Shown here piece by piece: positions 58,641 through 64,000 of a stretch of 64,000 bases of DNA (within the stretch, counting starts at the first letter, position 1; every line of letters begins with the position of its first letter). The notes under the pieces were generated by a model, which was given only the letters and a program-made list of their open reading frames with translations, did not search any database and was not told where the DNA came from. The stretch comes from Felis catus (Eukaryota): contig NC_058386.1 of the NCBI RefSeq assembly GCF_018350175.1, forward strand, positions 56,172,001 to 56,236,000, in the 5' to 3' direction. A program made the position numbers and the translations under genes.

Positions 58641-59254
58641 ATCTGTGGTGGCACCAAGGCTGGCACAGGAGATTTTTGCCTCCTGTAATTTCCCACCAGC
58701 CCCCATAAACCATTTCCCAGAAAATAGTAATAACAAACACATATTTAAAATCCTATATAAAGTGTGAATGAAAACAGCTTCAGAAAATTGTGCTGGTTTT
58801 ATTTGTCTATAATACCCATCCTCCGAGTAAATACAGCGTTTTCTGGCCTCCGGATATGCCCAACCTTCTGCTACACTGCCACTGCCTTTAAGTCCCTCCT
58901 AAAGGGACTCGGCAGTGACAGGCAGGCATGGGCTCCTCGTGCTCTTCCAGCAGCCTCCTCCTTGCGTCTGGGAACACCATGGCAGCCCTGGACACCTCCT
59001 CTTGGCCCCCAGCCCTCCTGAACTGGAAGAGGTTTCTCAAACACAGGCCCACCTCTGTCCATCTGTGCCCTTACGCTGGCTCTAGGAAGACAAAGTACAA
59101 GAAGGGGAGTCTAAGATTTACAAAAGAGTAAAGGAAAGGAAGTTTCATCGGTATTTTAGAGGTGACTCTGCGTGTCTTTCCCTAGAAAGGAAGTTTCTGA
59201 GCCTGGCCTAGTACACAGGACGTGAAGGAAGCAGGGCATGTTAAAGCATTAATA

Positions 59255-59365
59255 GCCCTTGGAGACCCAATTCAACCCTCTCAGGTTACAGATGGAGAAA
59301 CTGAGGCTCAGAGAGGGGGAAGGGCCTTAGAAACCTGGCAGTGGAGGCAGGACTAGAAACCTCTT
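59255..59365 (-). mobile_element. MIR fragment
   Basis: ttacagatggagaaactgaggctcagagagggg..gtggaggcaggactagaa. Confidence 0.75.
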
Positions 59366-59786
59366 CTGCCCCTGCAGCCAGTGTTGTGTTTTTTTTCTCA
59401 CCCTCCCTTGTACCCTGCTGCCTCTTGTGCCCACGTGCAGGCTCACCCATGTGTGGGCTAATGCAGGCTGACGGCTGCTGGGAGGGTCACACATGGAGAC
59501 ACGCACCGGCCCATTCACTCTGACACATACCCCAGCTGGCGGTCCCCTGAGACATACTCCTCCACCATCTCCACTCACCAGCACCTACCCACTCCCCATC
59601 TCCCCTCCACCATCAGTGCCCAAGAGCAAAACCAGTCCCACTGCTGAATCACATGCCCCTCCCTGCTGGCTGCCCCTGGGTCTTTCTTTGTCGAAATGAC
59701 TGCCCACAGCTTCATAGAGAAGAGCTGGGTTTGAAGGTACTTACAGTGGCGAGGGCGGGGGGCTGGGAGGCTCAGTGCCACAGGGC

Positions 59787-59787
<1 letters not shown>

Positions 59788-59825
<38 letters not shown>
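59788..59825. repeat. (TG)19 microsatellite
   Basis: direct reading. Confidence 0.97.
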
Positions 59826-59826
<1 letters not shown>

Positions 59827-60244
59827 TGTTTGTGTGTCTGAAGACTGGATCCAGAAGGCTCTGCTGGGAGGCCTGGAGCCCAGCCACTCCTCAGATAAAG
59901 CAATGCAAGGGGAGGAATCTTTAGTGTTTGGAGAGAGAATGGGAGAAAAAAGGAGACAGGGCTAAAGAGCCTGCAAAAGATAAGTCCAGGAGTGGAGGCC
60001 TGGAGGCCTATTCTGGCAGAGGTGGGACTAGTCCTGGAAAAAAAGCTGTCAGGCAGCCATCCAGAAAGTGTGAGCTCAGGGGCCACTGGACATGAGCCTG
60101 GGCCAGGGTGGGGGAGGGGTAGAAGTGGAGGCAGCTCCCTAGAGATGGGGGGGGGGATAAGTTGCTGAGCTGAGGAGAGGCCAGGCAGAGGCCTCTGACA
60201 GCAGAGGTACAAGGGTAATAAGCCTCTCAGGCTGGATGTGGTTG

Positions 60245-60328
60245 AGCAGTGCCTGACACTCTGGGTGTCGCTACGTGCTTACGAAAACAAAAAGGGAATG
60301 GATGAATGAATGAGTGAATGAATGAATG
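60245..60328 (+). mobile_element. L2 3' terminus with (GAAT)n tail
   Basis: agcagtgcctgacac...gaatggatgaatgaatgagtgaatgaatgaatg. Confidence 0.6.
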
Positions 60329-63300
60329 GGTTCTCTCTCCCTTTATCAGCAGTGAAGAAGCTTGGGCCTGAGCCCCTCTCACAGCCAGGGCCAGCTCGAT
60401 GTGGCTGGTCACATGAGGAAGGACTAAAGGGACTGCTGCCTCTAGAAAAGAATATGAGCCCTTTGGCACTACTAGCAGTACCCAGTCTCCTGGCACTGTG
60501 GAGCACGGTAGGAGGGGCCCTGGATCATCTTCTGTCTGGGCTTCAGTGCCCCTCAGAACCATCTAATCTAATCTCCCCTCCCCCACTGCATGCTTTAAAT
60601 GGAGAAACTGGGATTCAGACTTGGGAATGAATCTGCCAAGACCCTACAGCCCACTGGTGGCAGAGTTCAGCCTAAAGCTTGCTTCTCTCACCTGGCATGG
60701 GCAGCCTGCTGCTTACCCTGGCAGCTGCCTGTCTCTGCTCCCTCTACCACAGCACCCTCAGCCTCTGACTCAGTGGCTTCCAGGCCTGGGAGAACCATGC
60801 GGAAACCAGGAAGGGTGGAGCAAGAATAAAGAAGGAGGAGAGGTGAACTTCAGTAGGCAAGCAGAGGAGGGGCCGCCTGGCTATTGATCAGGACAGTGCA
60901 TATAGGAGGGACATGTCTGCCAGAACCTTTCTGTCAGCCCTGACACTGCTCAGGGCAAACCTGGTGCCCCTCATTCCCAAAGGGCCATGGGGCAAGGTGT
61001 GTGTTCCCTACACAGCACACCATGCACACAGACACACACACACACACAAAATCCCAGCATACATGTTCCATTGTGTGACAGAGGCAACGGTTGTGAAGAC
61101 AGTCTCCATTCCTCACCTCACAGCAGGGCTGGGCATCAGCTACAAGGGAAGTACTGGGTGGCTTGAGGGACAAAGGCCATTGGATTCCATACACCACCAA
61201 TGGATATTTTTCTTGTTAACACACAATACTGCTTACATAACTGGAACTGGCTAGACACTGTGAGAAACATTCAGGGCTTAAGAAAAAGCAGGAGGAGGAA
61301 TGAATAGCCACAAAGCCACAGGGTCCCAGGGGCTGCTTTCCTGAGGATGTTCTGCTCCCGCCACCTCCCACACTCCCATGAATGGGGGTCTGGAAAGGAG
61401 GCCGCAAGGATGGAGCACACTCTTGTCTCAGCAGCCCCGACTGGCCCCATCAGCACACAGGGATTTCCTCTGTGAACAGAACCCAAGGTTCTCCATGGCC
61501 CATTACCTTTTCAGCCAGCTGGCCTAGCACCCCACTACCTTCTCTGCCCAGCTTCCCACCACGTCCAATCTGTAGGCTGGGTCCAGGCTGAGAGAGCAAT
61601 GGTTGGACAACTGTCAGGGCCAGGGTCTAAGGGATGTCTCCACCCACCCTGGTTCTATCTACATAGTGAAGCCAGTTGTTTCCATTCAACTCTGACCCTG
61701 ACTCCAGTCTCAGCCCTAATTCCAGGGATAAAGCAATCCCTGAGACAGCAAACAGTGGCTTAAGGGCCTGCAAAAGATGTGGGACAAACGATAAAGAAAA
61801 CCGATTTCATCAGAAGGTTCCGAACTACTTTGACCAAAAGTGGCCCACTTCTTCATTTCCTCAGCTGGCCCCCTCAGCATGGTGGAACATATAGGTAGTA
61901 TCTTTAAACAGAGGGCCAGGCCGAAAGGGCAAAGGAAAACGTGCCATGACGTTTAACCCAAATGTGCGAGAAAGCGCCCATGCGTAAGTAAGGGCAGGTG
62001 TGCAAGGCAAACGAGCAAAGATGACATGATGCCCTCCCTTAGTGCCCCAGGGCCAAGCCATCCAGGCCCAGGGACTACCTTCTTGATGGTCACCTGTTCC
62101 CTGGAATAAAGAGACTGTACGGTAAATGGCCCTGTGACACCCAGAACTCTCCCATTTTAGGACTGGGCGAGGGGAGTCAGAAATATTGCACTCCCTGGCC
62201 TCTGCTGCACCGTGATTTTGCAGACAGAACTTCCTGTCTCCATACCCTTATGCCTTTTCTGGAGGCAAGAATTCTTGGAACTTCATTTTCTTCATGCCCA
62301 CCTCTGCCTTTCCCATCCTCAGAAAGTCCCCACTACTTTTTGAGAGTGGCACTCCTTGAAAAAGGCCCATTCTACTTTCCAAGCATCCCCATCCCCATGC
62401 TCGCTCTGCCTGCCCCCTGGAAAGTGGGTAAGGGGGATCCAGTGACTGGTACCCATAGGTCCCTAAATGAGAAGCATGTTTGTTTATAGCCAGATGAAAT
62501 CCATCCCTACTCCTACCCCCTTCCCCCGGCCACGTCTGTGTATACATCTCAGAAGTTCCTGCCACAGCCTCTACACCAAGCTTCTGGCTTCTCCCAACCT
62601 TCCCACCCCTGGATCACTGAGAGGCGGGGCTGAGGCAGCTGCCACATTCAGCGTGGCAGAGCCGCTAGCTGAGTACAAATCAGAAACACATTGGAGGCAG
62701 GCAGGCCGGGAGGGAGCAGACAGGCTGAGGCTGGGGCCCATTAAGGCCGGAGCCCGGCCACGCTGTTTGCCGCCTCAGCACAAGGTTTCAGGTCTGCCTC
62801 CTGATTGTTTGTTTGTCTCAGAGATGAGACAGGCTGAGAAGGCAGCTGACAAGGACCATGGGGAGTGGGAGGGGGAAGGGGGAGGCCCTGGTTCTCACCG
62901 GTTCTCCCCAGCCTGGAACTCATGGAGTGCAGGAGAAATAAGCTGCCTCATTTCCCTACCCCCACCCACAAATTCCAAACAGATGTGCAGTCAGATTCTT
63001 CCTCTCCTTGGTTGGGGGAAACAAAAGAAATTAAAAATGGGACCCTAGAGACACTACTTGCAGGCGAGCCCTAACGTACAGAAGGGATAAAAGGGAGACA
63101 CAGGAAGGACTTCCAGAGGTGCAGGTGAGATGGAAGAGGTGGGGGCACAGCTCACCCCTGCCCCCAAAGATAATTTCGTGAAGATTCCTATCTGAGGTTG
63201 GGCAGTTACTGCAGGGAGGGGAGTGTGCATGGAAAGATGATTGCTCTGGGAGGTCCCACTGAGTCTCAGATGTAAAGGATTTTAAAATGTCTGCAGTCAT

Positions 63301-63349
63301 AAATAGAATCTATATAACTTGACTCAGTGAGTCCTGACTTAATCAGACT

Positions 63350-63460
63350 GGCATTAGAGATCATGGAGCCTGGCCCCCTCACTCAGAGATAGAGACTCTG
63401 AGGCCCAGAGAGGGGAAGTCATTGCTCAGGGTCTCACCATGGATCAGACTCTGAACTAAG
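63350..63460 (-). mobile_element. MIR fragment
   Basis: agagactctgaggcccagagaggggaagtcattgctcagggtc. Confidence 0.7.
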
Positions 63461-64000
63461 TCATCTAAAACGGAGGCCTCCCAGCTGCCCATCCAATGCC
63501 TCCTTCATTTCACATTGCTCCCCTTTGTCAGTATTCTGATTTTGTAGGAAAGCAGATTCCCCACCCCTCCCATTCTGTCTCACCCCAACTCAAACCTAAG
63601 GTCTGGGCACAGGATCTCTTTGAAGTCTGAAAGTCTCTGAATTTGCTTGGCAACCATAGCCCCCTACAAGGAGGTTTCTACTAATGTCCCCCACCCCACT
63701 TTGCCCAGGCTAGCCTCCAACACCTACAATTGATTGTGGGCAGAGTGGTCACATGGTGAGCACCTGGGCTTAGGTTACCAGGCCAATGGCCTTGTTTCTG
63801 GCAACAGAGCTTCCAGCCTGCCCCTGGCTAGGCCTTCTCAAGGGAACCATGAGTCTTGTGCCCAGCCCTGTTATGGCCTCAGCTCAGTTCCTCCCTCCTC
63901 TCTGATCTGCCTGTCACCTTGTCAAATCTGCTCTGGCCCTCATCTCCACCCATACCCCCCAGAGGACAGCCTGAGGCTGTCTCTGGGTGGCCTGTGGGCT

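Noticed and set aside
179-63300. The many ORFs of 60-210 aa in the six-frame track
   Set aside because: No recognisable domains. Many start at GTG/TTG, overlap each other on both strands, or lie in repeats or N-gaps; this is the expected background for mammalian non-coding DNA

Overview
64 kb of non-coding mammalian genomic DNA from a cat-family (felid) carnivore, probably a large intron or intergenic interval, from a gapped draft assembly with 4 N-runs. I recognise no protein-coding gene, RNA gene or CRISPR array. The listed ORFs are short and mostly low-complexity, repeat-derived or run through Ns. The only recognisable peptides are decayed L1 ORF2 and CR1/L3 reverse-transcriptase remnants. 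The window holds 14 tRNA-derived Can-SINEs (most with readable TSDs, two very young and CpG-intact), carnivore and older L1 3' ends, long L2 and CR1/L3 fossils, many MIRs, three hAT-type DNA transposon fossils and many microsatellites. Between the repeats are several short unique, motif-dense or CpG-retaining blocks that look like conserved enhancers, and one 78-nt candidate exon at 48749-48826. I found no evidence of a novel biological system. Repeat-family names come from recalled consensus sequences, not from a search, and boundaries of old repeats are approximate.
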